DNA from: Octopus vulgaris
Lineage: Eukaryota
DNA length: 64,000 nt
Direction: 5' to 3'
Assembly: GCA_951406725.2 (NCBI GenBank)
Contig: OX597834.1
Span: 29,326,001 to 29,390,000 of the forward strand
In this document: piece by piece, positions 1 to 12,200 of the stretch
How the letters are laid out: each line of letters opens with the position of its first letter
Position numbering within the stretch: position 1 is the first letter of the stretch
The notes under the pieces: model-generated
Told to the model about the DNA's origin: nothing
Databases searched by the model: none
Seen by the model: only the letters and a program-made list of their open reading frames with translations
Translations under genes and position numbers: made by a program

Positions 1-360
1 ATGGATGGCAGTGATTTGATGATTGTGATAGTGATGATAGTCATCATAGTGGTATTGGTGGTGGTGGTGGTGGTGGTGATCATATTATGACAGAAAAAAC
101 AATGATAAGGAAATGACGATGATAACATAATCATATGGATGATGATGATGATGGTGGTTGTGATGGTGGTGTAAATGGTATGGGTCATGGTATGATGATG
201 ATGATGATGACAGTGCTGGTAGTAGTAGTGATGGTATGATGTCGGTGGTGAGGATGGTGGCAATGATGATTGTGGTGTTGAGGATGGTGGTGATGATGAT
301 GGTGGTGGTGATGATGATGGTGGTGGTGATGATGATGGTGGTGGTGATGGTAGGATGGTG
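1..360. repeat. Compound (GAT)n/(GGT)n trinucleotide low-complexity tract
   Basis: Directly visible; produces spurious poly-M/V/H/T ORFs. Confidence 0.95.
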
Positions 361-445
361 CCATGAAAACAAGTTACAGACACAGATAAGAAATTGTTTT
401 AACATAGAATATAAGAAGCTATTAAAATCATTTCCATTTGAAGTG

Positions 446-725
446 TTAACCCTTTCAATAACAACGTCCTTCCTAACAGGACCACCCCTGGTGCCATGAG
501 AGCCAAAATCTCTCATTTCAAATAAAGTGTTCATATTTAAATTAAAACATTCCATCATGATTTTATTTGTTTTTTTTTTTTTGCTAAGTTATACTCCAAA
601 CATCAGATTAATTTCGAAAAATTTGATTTAATTACTTTACTAAATCTTTCTAAATTCTTGATTATCTTCAAAATTAATTGAAATGTATAGGTTGCATTTA
701 TTCAGAAATATAGTCATCCAGAAAA
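446..725 (+). mobile_element. Degenerate TTAA-type (piggyBac-like) MITE copy
   Basis: Starts TTAA-CCCTTT. The interior resembles the copies at 36377, 44468 and 63688 (aattaaaacattccatca, ttactaaatcttt, aaaattaattgaaa). The right end is eroded. Confidence 0.55.
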
Positions 726-1224
726 TGACGAAGGCACTAAAATTCTGCATGCTGTTGCATTATGTATGATTTATTAATGAGCGCTCGTTAGCAATGTAAT
801 AAATAAGAATCTTTCCAAAAGAACTGTCAACAATACCAGAGCCAATTAGCATAAACCTATATGCAGTCGCTCAGCTTGATAGAAATAGCAGGTAACTCTC
901 CCAACAAATCTAAGCCTCGCATTTAAAGATTTAAAAAAAAAGAAAGAAAAGGTAGGACACACTAGACAATGTAATATATCCTGTATATGCAAATAGATGA
1001 GGTTGTCATGGCTGGAATCCCTTTCATCATGGGTTGTCGTAATGAATGCTGACAAGAAGGTAAACAACTGGCATAAGATTTTAGGTAAAAATGTTAATTC
1101 TAATTCTTACTGTCTCTATGTCTCTCACTACACATATAAACATATATAAACATAATATGTATATACATACATACACACACATATATACATGCATACACAC
1201 ACACATGCAAACATATATATTTAT

Positions 1225-1500
1225 ATTTTAAAGATTAATGGAGAAGACAGATTATAACAAAAAACATTTATTTGCCCAACAGTTGTTTCGGCTTCAACTT
1301 GCTCCCTAGTGAGCGTGAAACGATGCATTAACACCAGATGCAAAACACAAGGGCAAAAGAGCCTCTTCAGATGGCAGAAGAATAAGTTTATAAGTTCACA
1401 GATTTACATTTCAATTTTGCTTCATGTGGTAAATGGTGGTATCGAGTGATTCTAGCAATTTGGATGCATGTCTGCTAGTGAGGAGGATTTGGATAGGAAT
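1225..1500 (-). mobile_element. Penelope-like element terminal-repeat remnant carrying a hammerhead ribozyme motif
   Basis: Minus strand has CTGAAGA-GGCT...AGCC-GAAAC-AACT-GTT followed by AATAAA and a T-rich tail into a TA tract, the layout typical of Penelope pLTR ends. Boundaries are approximate. Confidence 0.6.
1273..1376 (-). ncRNA. Type I hammerhead ribozyme-like motif
   Basis: Stem I UGCCAU/GGGCA, core CUGAAGA, stem II GGCU/AGCC with a long insert, GAAA, stem III AC-AACU-GU, cleavage triplet GUU. Confidence 0.6.
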
Positions 1501-1612
1501 AAAATACAAGAATAGAAACACAAACCTATATGCAATCCCTCAGCTTGATAGAAATAACAAGCAACTCTCCCAGCAAATCTAAGCCTTCTATTTTATTTAT
1601 ATATATATATAT

Positions 1613-1763
1613 ATTTTCTCTCCTTGTTTTTTTCTGTGTCCCTTTCTGTAGAAGAGCGTAGGCTCGAAACGTAAGAGACTTTTTCTATGCGTGTTATACT
1701 AATACATCTGTTTGTTTTGTACACCACCTGTCTTCATCTTTTGTTTTTTTCGTAAACTATCCC
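1613..1763 (+). mobile_element. Short TA-embedded repeat, family D (hammerhead-like core; Penelope/retrozyme-like)
   Basis: Homologous to 2549-2732, 19551-19728, 52708-52883 and 59443-59630. Contains CTTT-CTGTAGA-A-GAGC-gtag-GCTC-GAAAC-GTA. Confidence 0.75.
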
Positions 1764-1810
1764 TATATATATATATAATATATATACATAATGTTTGTGT
1801 GTACACACAC

Positions 1811-2203
1811 ATGGCCTGTGTGGTAAGTAGCTTGCTAACCAACCACATGGTTGCAGGTTCAGTCCACTGCGTGGCATCTTGGGCAAGTGTCTTCTGCTAT
1901 AGCCCTGGGCCGACCTTGTGAGTGGATTTGGTAGACGGAAACTGAAAGAAGCCTGTCATATATATGAATATATATATATATGTGTGTGTGTGTTTGTGTG
2001 TCTGTGTTTGTCCCCCTAGCATTGCTTGACAACCGATGCTGGTGTGTTTACGTCCCCGTCACTTAGCAGTTTGGCAAAAGAGACCGATAGAATAAGTACT
2101 GGGCTTACAACGAATAAGTCCCGGGGTCGATTTGCTCAACTAAAGGCGGTGCTCCAGTATGGCCGCAGTCAAATGACTGAAACAAGTAAAAGAGTAAAAG
2201 AGT
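1811..2203 (+). mobile_element. tRNA-derived SINE family A, nearly full length
   Basis: Pol III A-box (TGTGTGGTAAG) and B-box-like (GGTTCAGTCC) head, internal TA/TG tract and (GTAAAAGA)n tail. Reverse-complement match to 26290-26706. Confidence 0.88.
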
Positions 2204-2226
2204 ATAATGTTTGTGTGTATACACAA

Positions 2227-2520
2227 ATGACCTAGTGATAGGGTGTTGCACTTATGATTATGAGTTCATGGTTTCAGTTCCATAGCCAGTGGTGTGTTGA
2301 GTTCTTGAGCAAAAAACTTCATCTCACATTGCTCTGCAATCGTTTCGACACCTGACGCATGATGCCCCATGCACCTGTTCAGGCAACATCAGTTTGATGA
2401 AGATGAGTAAGCTAATGTACAGCACATGCACTTGATCACTATAAACAAATCATTTATGTGGATCATTCAACAAAAGCTGAACACTCCTACATCGCATTCG
2501 ATGGGAGAGACCATCATTGA
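2227..2520 (+). mobile_element. tRNA-derived SINE family G (old)
   Basis: tRNA-like head followed by gttcttgagcaaaaaacttcat...cctgttcaggcaa...aagctgaacactc. Reverse-complement homologue at 37305-37592. Confidence 0.75.
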
Positions 2521-2548
2521 TATTGTGACCCTTCTGTCTGGCAGTCAT

Positions 2549-2732
2549 CATGATAGATCGTTAGCTACTACACACATTTTTCTCTCTCCTTATTTTTTCT
2601 GTGTCCCTTTCTGAAGAAGAGCATAGGCTCAAAATGTAAAAGACTTTTTCTATTCTTGAGCATTATACTAATACATCAGTTTGTTTTGTACACCACCTGC
2701 CTTCATCTTTTGTTTTTTTCATAAACTCTCCC
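2549..2732 (+). mobile_element. Family D repeat (hammerhead-like core CTGAAGA at 2611-2617)
   Basis: Full-length homologue of 1613-1763, with GAAAC decayed to AAAAT. Confidence 0.75.
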
Positions 2733-2824
2733 TATATATGTATATATATGTTATATTTTGGGGTCGTAATTTATTTATTTTTTGGTTGCCAAATAAACAC
2801 ACACACTATATTCTTCACTCATTT

Positions 2825-3063
2825 ATTAGGGAGTCTGTATGTGGTTGATTGACCTAGCTAGATATAGCAGCCAAACTTCCATCTAATTACACTCTGTTTC
2901 TTTAAAAAGAGAAAAGATCTATTGTATAATGCAGCTTTAAATGAATGATAGCACTGGGGTAGATGGGATGGTTATGGTTGGAACGCCTTTGATCATATGA
3001 CTGCTCAATCAAGAGTGATGTGGGGCTAATTAACAACAGCTACAGCAACAAAAACAACAACAA
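2825..3063 (+). mobile_element. Ancient dispersed repeat family F with (AAC)n tail, representative copy
   Basis: Motifs gctagaaatagcagccaaa...ggtcatggctggaatgcctttgatcat...ggggctaaacaacaac recur near 860, 4150, 17450, 17660, 17950 (+) and 9400-9615, 21600-21790, 27050-27135, 28290-28495, 34490-34690 (-). Confidence 0.7.
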
Positions 3064-3450
3064 TATCATCAATAAGATAAGAGATTTTGAGAGAGTTGTG
3101 TTACAACAGCATATCCTGTTTCATTTGTAATCTTGTACTAATTACATTTTACAGGACAAAGAAGGAGATGAGAGATGGGGATAGAGGTAGGAAGAAAGGG
3201 GAATACAAGGTTGGAGGTGGGTGGGGTTCTGTTTTAGATTGGCTTAAGGCCATCATTGGACTGACATTTTCAGTATCACACCTAGATCTAACACCAGTAT
3301 ATCATTTCAAATCACACCTTAATTAGTCTGAGGAAAGAAAAAAAAAACGGCAGCAGAAACAGGATACATGTCTGAAACAAAGGCAGGGTGGTCATGTCTG
3401 GAATAACTCTGATCAAAGATATATTCATTAACAACTGATCAAGTATATTT

Positions 3451-3702
3451 CTTATCGTTTACTTGTTTCTCTCATTGGACTGTGGCCAAGCTGGAGTTCT
3501 GCCTTGAAAGCATTAGTCAAGGAAATAGCAACTCCATGACATGTTTTTGATTCTGGTGCTTATTCCATCAGGCTCTTTGGCTGAACTGCTAAGTTACGAG
3601 GATGTAAACAAACTAACACTGGTTGTGAAACAGTGAAGGGAGGGGGGAAACACAAACATGTGTATATCCATGCACACACACACACATGTATGTATATACA
3701 TA

Positions 3703-3759
<57 letters not shown>

Positions 3760-3818
3760 TGTGTGAGTGTATATATATATATATATGTATATACACCTGT
3801 TAATGTGATATGTATGTA

Positions 3819-3856
<38 letters not shown>

Positions 3857-3997
3857 CTGGCTTCCATAGAGTTTCCAGCTACCAAATTTATTCATATGGC
3901 ATTGGTCGACCTAGGGCTATAGTAGAAGACACTTGCTCAAAGTGCTGAGCTGTGAGATGGAACCGAAAATGACATAGTGGCAAAGCAAGCTTCTTAA
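3451..3997 (-). mobile_element. SINE family A, diverged copy with an expanded internal TA/TG tract
   Basis: Reverse-complement similarity to 1811-2203 on both sides of the microsatellite. Confidence 0.7.
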
Positions 3998-4636
3998 AAA
4001 ACAATGGCGCCAATTAACTAAGTAATTAGGGATAATGAAGGAACCCCTTATAGAGTCATTGAAACAGCATAAAATAGCAACATCAACAAAAATACTAATT
4101 AGCCACCCCTACCGTGATCATCACCACTGTTGATACAAATTACCGACACAAGCACTTTGTGGTCATTTGAGTTGCAAGAAATACTAGTTAAAACTTTTGC
4201 TACTAACACAGTACTACCTTAACAAAAGAAGGATGCATTGGTTAATGCTATTTCAGGCATGTTGGCCATGGCTGGAACACCTCTGATTTGTAAGCCTGCT
4301 AGTTTGACTTGTGATTAAATAACACTACTACTACAACTACTACTACTACTACTACTTGTAGTAGTAGTGATCATCATCTTTTGCATCATTACAATACAAT
4401 AAAACTGTTACATCTGACTGCCACAGTCAACATTCTCCACCACCACCAGCACCACCACCAACTCTGCAAGAATCAGTTGCTGTTATCAGATTTAGACATT
4501 TTCTAATGGAACGGGAATGATAATAACATAATGAGATATAACCCCAGATATCTCTTGGTATCGAGAAACTAATACTGCACACACATATCACCATCACCGA
4601 CACTACACACACATATATATATATATATATACACAT

Positions 4637-5265
4637 TATCATCATCATCAGTTTTAATGTCCCCTTTTTCAATGCTTCTGTGGATCAGACGGGATTCAAT
4701 GAGGCTGCGGTATTTCGTCTGCTGCTACGTTCTGAGTTCAAATTCCGCCAAGGTCGACTTTGCCTTTCATCCTTTCGGAGTTGGTTAAATAAGTACCAGT
4801 TACGCACTGGGGTCGATATAATCGACTTAATCCGTTTGTTTGTCCTTGTTTGTCCTCTCTGTGTTTAGCCCCTTGTGGGTAGTAAAGAAATAGGGATTCA
4901 ATGAGGCAGATTTCTTTTACAGCCAGATGCCCTTCCTGCCACTTGTCCTCATGTTTTCAGGCAATGCTAATATTTCTCCAAGGCCAGACATGTTTTTACA
5001 GAACATTGGAACTGAATGACAACCACTTGTAAGACAACTGCCAAGTGATGTCATGACTAAAAGACACAAGTTCGCACACATACTATCACACATACACATG
5101 CTCATGCACACACACACACACACACACATAAAATACCGTTTCCATCTTCCAAATTCATTTGCAAAGCTATTGGCCATCCTGGGGCTAAACTGGAAGAAAC
5201 TCACCGGAGGTTGTTGTGCCAAGAGCATGAGGTTGCAAAGCAAATTTCTCAACTACACATCCAGC
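4637..5265 (-). mobile_element. Old SINE (family A head, (GAT)n tail) interrupted by the family B insertion
   Basis: (CAT)n tail, cagccagatgcccttcctg, ccagacatgttttt and a degenerate family A head; homologous to 31305-31785. Confidence 0.6.
4706..4892 (+). mobile_element. 5'-truncated tRNA-derived SINE family B with a 15-bp target-site duplication
   Basis: gttctgagttcaaattccgcc...gtcgactttgcctttcatcctttc...aaagaaata, flanked by GGGATTCAATGAGGC at 4691-4705 and 4893-4907. Confidence 0.9.
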
Positions 5266-5266
5266 A

Positions 5267-5303
<37 letters not shown>

Positions 5304-5384
5304 ATAAATACATGTAGATACAAAACACACAGGAGCGTAATAACAGTTGTTGGATTAGAGTTGATAATGATAGAACGAAGATAA

Positions 5385-6122
5385 TGATGTTGCTGCTGCT
5401 GCTGATGGTGGTGGTGGTTGTTGGTGTCAGTGATAATGGTGATGATGGTCATGGTAGTACTGATGAAGATGGTGGTGGTGGTGGTGGTGGGAGTGATGAC
5501 GATGCTGATTTTGATGATAATGACTGTAGTGGAGGTGATAAAAATGATGATGATGATAACACTGAAATAAGTGCAGTCTCTCTCGCTCTCTCTCTCTGTC
5601 AGCCTCTCTCTCTGCCTCTCTCTCTCTCTCTGTCAGCCTCTCTCTCTCTCTCTGCCTCTCTCTCTCTCTCTCTCTCTCTCTCTCGAATGTGCTGTAGTGT
5701 TGGTGTGATCAAAGTCCATATATCATCTTCAGTCTGATGGTTAAGTAAGGAGAAATACTGACAGGAACAAATGGCTTTTAGAAGCAACTGATAATGATGT
5801 TGTTGTTGTTGTTTACGACAACAACAACAACAACAACGGTGGTGGGGAGGCGGTGGTAATGGTGGTGGTGGTGGTGGTGGTGGTGGTGGTGGTTGTTAGT
5901 GTAATGGAGACGAAGAAGATTACGATGATAATGGTGGAGATGAAGTTAATCATTGTGGTGACAGTGGTGATGATGATGATGATGATGATGATGCTAATAA
6001 TGGGTATGGTGATGGTGGCGGTGATGGTGATGATGGAGATGGGGGTGCAAGGGGAAGGAGAAGGTGATGGTGATAAATGTAATGATGATGCTGATGATGA
6101 TGTGAAAGTGAAAGTGAAAGCA

Positions 6123-6169
<47 letters not shown>

Positions 6170-6205
6170 CAAGGGAAAGACTGACAGACAGACAGACAGA
6201 GAAGA
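5385..6205. repeat. Compound microsatellite block (GGT, GAT, CT, GTT/CAA, GT, GACA)
   Basis: Directly visible. Confidence 0.9.
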
Positions 6206-6592
6206 GCGAGTATAACCACCGACCTCTGCTCCTTCAACCCCCCCCCCACTGTAGTTTCCAATTACATGTTTATCTTCTACTGCACTGCCCCACCCCTCAA
6301 ACCCTCTCCTGCACAATTATGACCAGTACAACCATAAGGCACCACCACCACTGCCACCACCACCACCACCACCAATCTGCAAAATGAAGGATTAGATAGA
6401 AAGAGAAGAGGAGGGAAAGGGAGTCTATGATGGAGTTGAGGATATAGTGTGGAGGGGTGAGGTGTGATGTGGTGGTGTTGATGACTGTGAAACATAATCA
6501 GTAGATTAAGTTTCAATACCCTGGCAATATCCAGAATGTAGAATGGATAGCATTTCTTAATAATACAGAATATACATATATCTATATACATA

Positions 6593-6641
<49 letters not shown>

Positions 6642-6871
6642 GTATATATATTGATGGTGTAGTCTTGTTACTGTGCATATATAGATAAGAGATAGCTAGA
6701 TAGATAGATAAATATTTATGTATATATATATATGTGTGTAATATATACACGTAAACATGTTTTACACTCATATATATATATATATATACACATCCATATA
6801 TATATATATATATACACATCCATGCATGCATATAGCTATATATTGATAAATACATGAATATACACCAATAC

Positions 6872-6903
<32 letters not shown>

Positions 6904-6962
6904 TTGTATCCATACGTACATACATAGTTGTCACTATTCATCTATCTCTGTCAGTCTGGCAT

Positions 6963-6997
<35 letters not shown>

Positions 6998-7832
6998 GTG
7001 TGTATGTGTGTGTGTGTGTGTGTATATATAATGCATACATATATATAGAGAGAGAGAGAGAGCGAGAGAGAATGTGTGTGCATATGTATGCGTGTCTGGT
7101 GTGTGTGTGTGTGTGCACATGGACGTATGTGTATGCGTGTGTGAGTGTATGTATTGAGAGCGAGTGACCTTATCATAAGAGAATGGCGGGTGTAGTCACT
7201 GAATCGCTAAATATAGAAGGACAACAACAGATTTTTGGTGGGATCCATACTAATTAAGGAAATATTAATCAAAACCAGAGGAAATTCCGATACACAAAAA
7301 TGTCTAAACACAAAAGACTGATGTACATCATTGTTCTGGACCAAATTCATCATAAAATCCTGGGTGGGGTACAGCATATAGACAAAACAAGGCATACGTA
7401 TATCATATGTTGGTAATTATGAGGAGGGTGGTGGTGGTGGTAGTCTAGTGGTGTTGATGGTAATAGTGGTGAAGGGTGTTGGTCGGTGGTCATCCGAGAT
7501 GGTAGTGCTTAAAATAAAAAGGTCTTGAATTTGTTTCTTAGCAAGAATTTTGGAGACTGGTTGGCAGCAATTATAGTTAGGCAAAGTAAACTCGTTGACT
7601 TCAATGCTGCTCGTTAAACACACAGGGGATATGTAAATAACGGAAACGTTTATCGTTAATAAATCAACTCGTTTGCTTTGCAAGGAAATCACTAATCACT
7701 CTTTGAAAGAGATTTGGCTGTTCTTAACATATAGGTTAATTATTTCATCGAAAACTGGAGTCTAATTTAACGTGATTCAGACGGTCTATAGATATTCATG
7801 CAGTTACATGTGTGTATATGTGTGTGTACAAA

Positions 7833-7976
7833 TGTGTGCATGTGTGTTTGTATATGTGTGTGCATGTGTGTTTGGTTGGTGTTTGTATATATGTGTGCAT
7901 GTGTGTTTGGTTGGTGTTTGTATATGTGTGTGCATGTGTGTTTGGTTGGTATGTGTTTGTATATGTATGTGTGCAT
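7833..7976. repeat. Minisatellite, about 36-bp unit tgtgtgcatgtgtgtttggttggtgtttgtata
   Basis: Three to four tandem units visible. Confidence 0.8.
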
Positions 7977-8089
7977 GTTGTAATGGGTGTTTGTGTATGT
8001 ATGCATGTGTAAAAACTTGCTTCAAATAGTTTTATATATTATGAAATTAAACAAAAATGATTTCCTTATGTTTCTGTATGAACATAAGG

Positions 8090-8125
<36 letters not shown>

Positions 8126-8242
8126 GCACTCATAGGTAGAGACTGATATGCATATTATATATAAACACATGTATATCAATAATACACACACACACTATGT
8201 ATCTATATTTATCTATCAGTCTCTCTCTCTCTCTCTCTCTCT

Positions 8243-8298
<56 letters not shown>

Positions 8299-8301
<3 letters not shown>

Positions 8302-8426
8302 GGTGTCCCAAAAAAATGTATACACATAGTGGTTCGGCAAAAAAGAACAATAGAATAAGTACTAGGCTTACAAAGAATAACAAACTTACAATTACTTAAG
8401 GTGTGTATACATTTTTTGGGGACACC

Positions 8427-8429
<3 letters not shown>
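8299..8429. mobile_element. Tc1/mariner-type MITE inside a (TA)n tract
   Basis: 28-bp TIRs CAGGGTGTCCCAAAAAAATGTATACACA / TGTGTATACATTTTTTGGGGACACCCTG (1 mismatch), flanked by TA. Confidence 0.88.
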
Positions 8430-8509
<80 letters not shown>

Positions 8510-10230
8510 TATATATATGGATAGATAGATAGATAGATAGATAGATAGACAGACACACACACACACTGTATTTATTTGAGTACAATGGAATCCCTAACAA
8601 TACGTACCTCCTCATCACCTCCAGACACGCATTTTGTAAGAAAAAAATCGCTACTATTTTCTCCGTTTTCCATTATGGCTGTGTGGTTAAGAAGCTCACT
8701 TAGAGACTGTTTATGGTTTCAGGTTCAGTCCCACTGCATGGAATCTTGGGAAAATGTTTTCTACAGCCCTTGATCAGCCAAAACCTTGTGAGTGAATCCA
8801 TAGAGACACTGTACTGAAGCTCATTGTGTGAGGATATGTTTATATTCTCTATCTAAATTAAATGGGTTTCTTTTTTTTATTTTGAGTGGTGCCAAATGTT
8901 TGGGGTTTTCTAGTTTTAATTTCATCTATATATACATATGTGTGTGCATGTGCATGTGTGTATGTATATATATATATATGCATATGGTGTTAAGCACAAC
9001 AGTAATTCAACAGAACCTGCCAAACATTTTACATCAAATGGCTGTAATTTTGAGAAAAACCTGAAAGTGCACATTTTCAGAAAATATTCTGATTCTCCTA
9101 CACTTTCAGTTCTCAAAATGCAAGAGGGCAAATATATCATGCCCTGGAAGAATGTATATAATGACCGGTGAATTTCATCACATTTACACAAAGCTTTTTG
9201 ATTAAGTATTCTTTTTCTTGCTTTGTTTTTCTTTTTTTTTTCTTTCTTTCTTTTCCGCATCACCAGTCATGAAAGAGAAAACTGATGATGTCTTTTTATC
9301 TAAAAAAAACAAAGAACACAGGATTTCCTCATATATATTTTGAATTTCTGTATTTCTGCAGCTGTTTTCATTTTACATTTCGACCACAAAGAAACAATAT
9401 TGAAATATTGTTCTATCTTGGTGAGTTTTGAGCAAGCAGAACTATCATCAAAGATATTCCAACCATTACCAATCTGTTCTTTTTCTTTTGCCTTATATTC
9501 TATATCTAAAAGAACATTATGTAATGTCCTTCCAGTTTTAATATTATAGGGTGTGATTTTAGAAAAATTTGGCTGTTATTTCTACCAGGTTAACTGAGTA
9601 AGTAGTGTCACCCTCATTAAGAAACAGTTATTATAAAGACTCGTTAAAGACTTTGTTAAAATGTTATTCAGATTGATTTTGTGTTTGAAATAATTGCAAT
9701 TTATTCTATGGCTTAGTCAGAGAAGGAACATGGCACCCATGACCTCTTTTACAAGTCTTCTAAGAGTGATGGTGGTTGGTGTGCTGGTAGGAAAATGAAG
9801 GAAGAAGCCATAATGCTTTAGGTTAAACCCAGACAGAATGCACTGGGTGCTGTTTATGTGCCCTCACCAGCCCTTGTGAGAGGTGATCTTGCAGCTCACG
9901 AAACTAAGATCCCTTTCAACCAAGTGATCCTTCTGTAAAAAGGGAGGGATGGGGTTAGAGGAGAGGAATTTTATCCGCTTTTCAAAAATGCTTTTTTTTT
10001 TCCTACCTTTATAATAAATGCAACTTTTGCACAAATAATTAATACAGACATTTAACGAAGAAGCCTAAAGTGTGACATTCATGGGACTTAGATGTGGAAC
10101 CTTGGAATGTAAAGGCAAAATAAATTGAAATGCTTTAATCAGAAGGTTATATTTATAATAGAAAAAAAGGTGTGGTGGTGGTGGTGGGGGGGGGGAGAGG
10201 AATGAAATTGTTTCTTCAAAAATATCATAC

Positions 10231-10366
10231 CAGGAAGCATTATTTCATGCAGTGTAAGGTTAGTCTTGTCTGGAGGAAGACTTGAATTCCACAGCAGTTG
10301 GCGCTTGAATTCTTCTCTGTCTTCGGAGTGAATTAACTCCATAACACTCTGGTGAATGATGTCGGA
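10231..10366 (-). CDS. AHR: Aryl hydrocarbon receptor, PAS-A exon (equivalent to vertebrate exon 5)
   Basis: ttgttatattgcag|TCC GAC ATC...CTT CCT G|gtatga; 136 bp, phase 0 to 1. SDIIHQSVMELIHSEDREEFKRQLLWNSSLPPDKTNLTLHEIMLP matches AhR [26 protein letters not shown]. Confidence 0.96.
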
Positions 10367-10388
10367 CTGCAATATAACAAAAATACAT

Positions 10389-10569
10389 ATCATCATCATC
10401 ATTTTTAATGTCCACTTTTTCATGCTTGAAGGAGTCACACGTAAATTGTTGAGGGGGCTCTTTCTATATCTGAATGTTTCCTTGTTACCAGCCCTTACTT
10501 GTTTTCAAGTAAGTTCATATTTCTTTTTCCATGACAAGACACTTTCTCACAATTATCACAACGGACAAG

Positions 10570-10614
<45 letters not shown>

Positions 10615-10778
10615 ATGATGGACTTCTTTCAGTTTTCTGACTACTGATTCTGCTCACAGAGCTTTAGTCTACTCATGGCTAAGAGAGAAGATATTTGTCC
10701 AAAGTATCACACATAAAAACTACAACTGAAAATTGTGTGGCAGGGAAGGAAAATTCTTACCACATAGCCATGCTTGTG

Positions 10779-10780
<2 letters not shown>
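10389..10780 (-). mobile_element. Old SINE (family A head, (GAT)n tail) directly upstream of the AhR exon-5 acceptor
   Basis: (CAT)n-ttttaatgtccacttttt tail; head ttcttaccacatagccatgcttgtgcc. Confidence 0.6.
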
Positions 10781-10827
<47 letters not shown>

Positions 10828-11017
10828 ATGTGTAAACTTCATCCCAAAAGGTTTGTATTGTTTTTCTAACATATTTTCGAAATAATTAATAATTTTTCAG
10901 AAACTCTTTCTTCAATTATAGTCTGTATCTATTATTTTTGGCAAAAGCTATATATATATATATATATATATATAAATATGTGTGGATTTGAAGTCGGACC
11001 GAAAATTTCAATCTTTT

Positions 11018-11283
11018 CATCATCATCATCATCATCGTTTAACGTCCGTTTTCCATGCTAGCACGGGTTGGATGGTTCGACTGGGGTCTGGTAAGCCAGG
11101 AGGCTGCACCAGGCTCTAGTCTGATCTGGCAGTGTTTCTACAGCCGGATGCCCTTCCTAATGCCAACCACTCAGTGAGTGTAGTAGGTGCTTTTTACGTG
11201 CCACCTGCACAGGTGCCAGACGAGGCTGGCAAACGGCCATGATCGGATGGTGCTTTTTACGTACCACCGGCACGGGGGCCAGG
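11018..11283 (-). mobile_element. Family C: RTE-type LINE/SINE 3' region with (GAT)n tail
   Basis: (CAT)n-cgtttaacgtccgttttccatgctagc...ggatgcccttcctaatgccaaccac...ggtgctttttacgtgccacc; homologous to 14710, 25190, 27208 and 32815. Confidence 0.8.
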
Positions 11284-11389
11284 ATTAATTATTCCTTCTA
11301 GATGTCTACACAGTAGTAGATAGTGCCAAACTAGAAATAGCTATTTCTTAGTCTTGTTATAATTCAAGATACAACAAATTCTCTCAGAT

Positions 11390-11617
11390 TTGACCCTTTA
11401 GCATTTAAACTGACCATATCTGAACAGAATATTCTACTTGTTTTATGTTCAAACTGGCCAGATCTTGCCTCTGACACCCACCCTACAATGTCATTCTAAA
11501 AATAAACTGTCATGTCATTGAAATCTTGAAGTTATGAGATAAGGCATGATTAATTCAAAATAATGTGAATACACAAGCTTTGCATTTGATAGAATAATCT
11601 GAATGCTGAAGGGTGAA
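11390..11617. mobile_element. piggyBac-like MITE, second family
   Basis: TIRs CCCTTTAGCATT / AATGCTGAAGGG with degenerate TTAA sites (TTGA, TGAA). Confidence 0.7.
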
Positions 11618-12200
11618 GCATTTAATAGAGTTTATCTCATACAAACTTTGAGAGACATGAAATCACTCTTTTTTACTGTAAAACTTGAAGCAGATAAGGC
11701 TATAAATAATAAAATGTAAATATTGGGTTAAAGCCTCTCCACCACTTTTTTTCATAGAAATATTAATATGCTTTTATTTATAGCTTTCTAAAATTAAAAA
11801 AAGATTTATTTTATGTTTCTCAAACTTTCTAGGTCTTTGGGACATAAGCAACACAGAATTTTCGCTAGAAAGAACAAAGCTTCTAAACTGGATGAAAATT
11901 TTTGAAGGACTACTTTAGTCCCATAGTAAAGCACCTGCTGTGTCTACAGGAAATGTGGGTTTGTGCCCCACAGGAAAACTTTTACTATCCAAAAATGTGG
12001 GGATGGGTTCAACCCAATATTTACTTGCTATTTTCTATAGCATTATGTGCTTCAAGTTCTACAGTTAAAAACAAATTATTTCCTTTGTTTTGTGCTTTTT
12101 TCATGATCATAGATATCTCTCGGCTGGGAACAGCGATCAAAATATTAATTGATTTTAACAGAGGAGAAAATGTAAAAAATATATAGTAAGAAATACTTAC

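Noticed and set aside
4427-4672. Possible next AhR exon (RSIRKCLNL resembles RFRCLLDN)
   Set aside because: The similarity is superficial: no LDNTSGF motif and no suitable splice sites.
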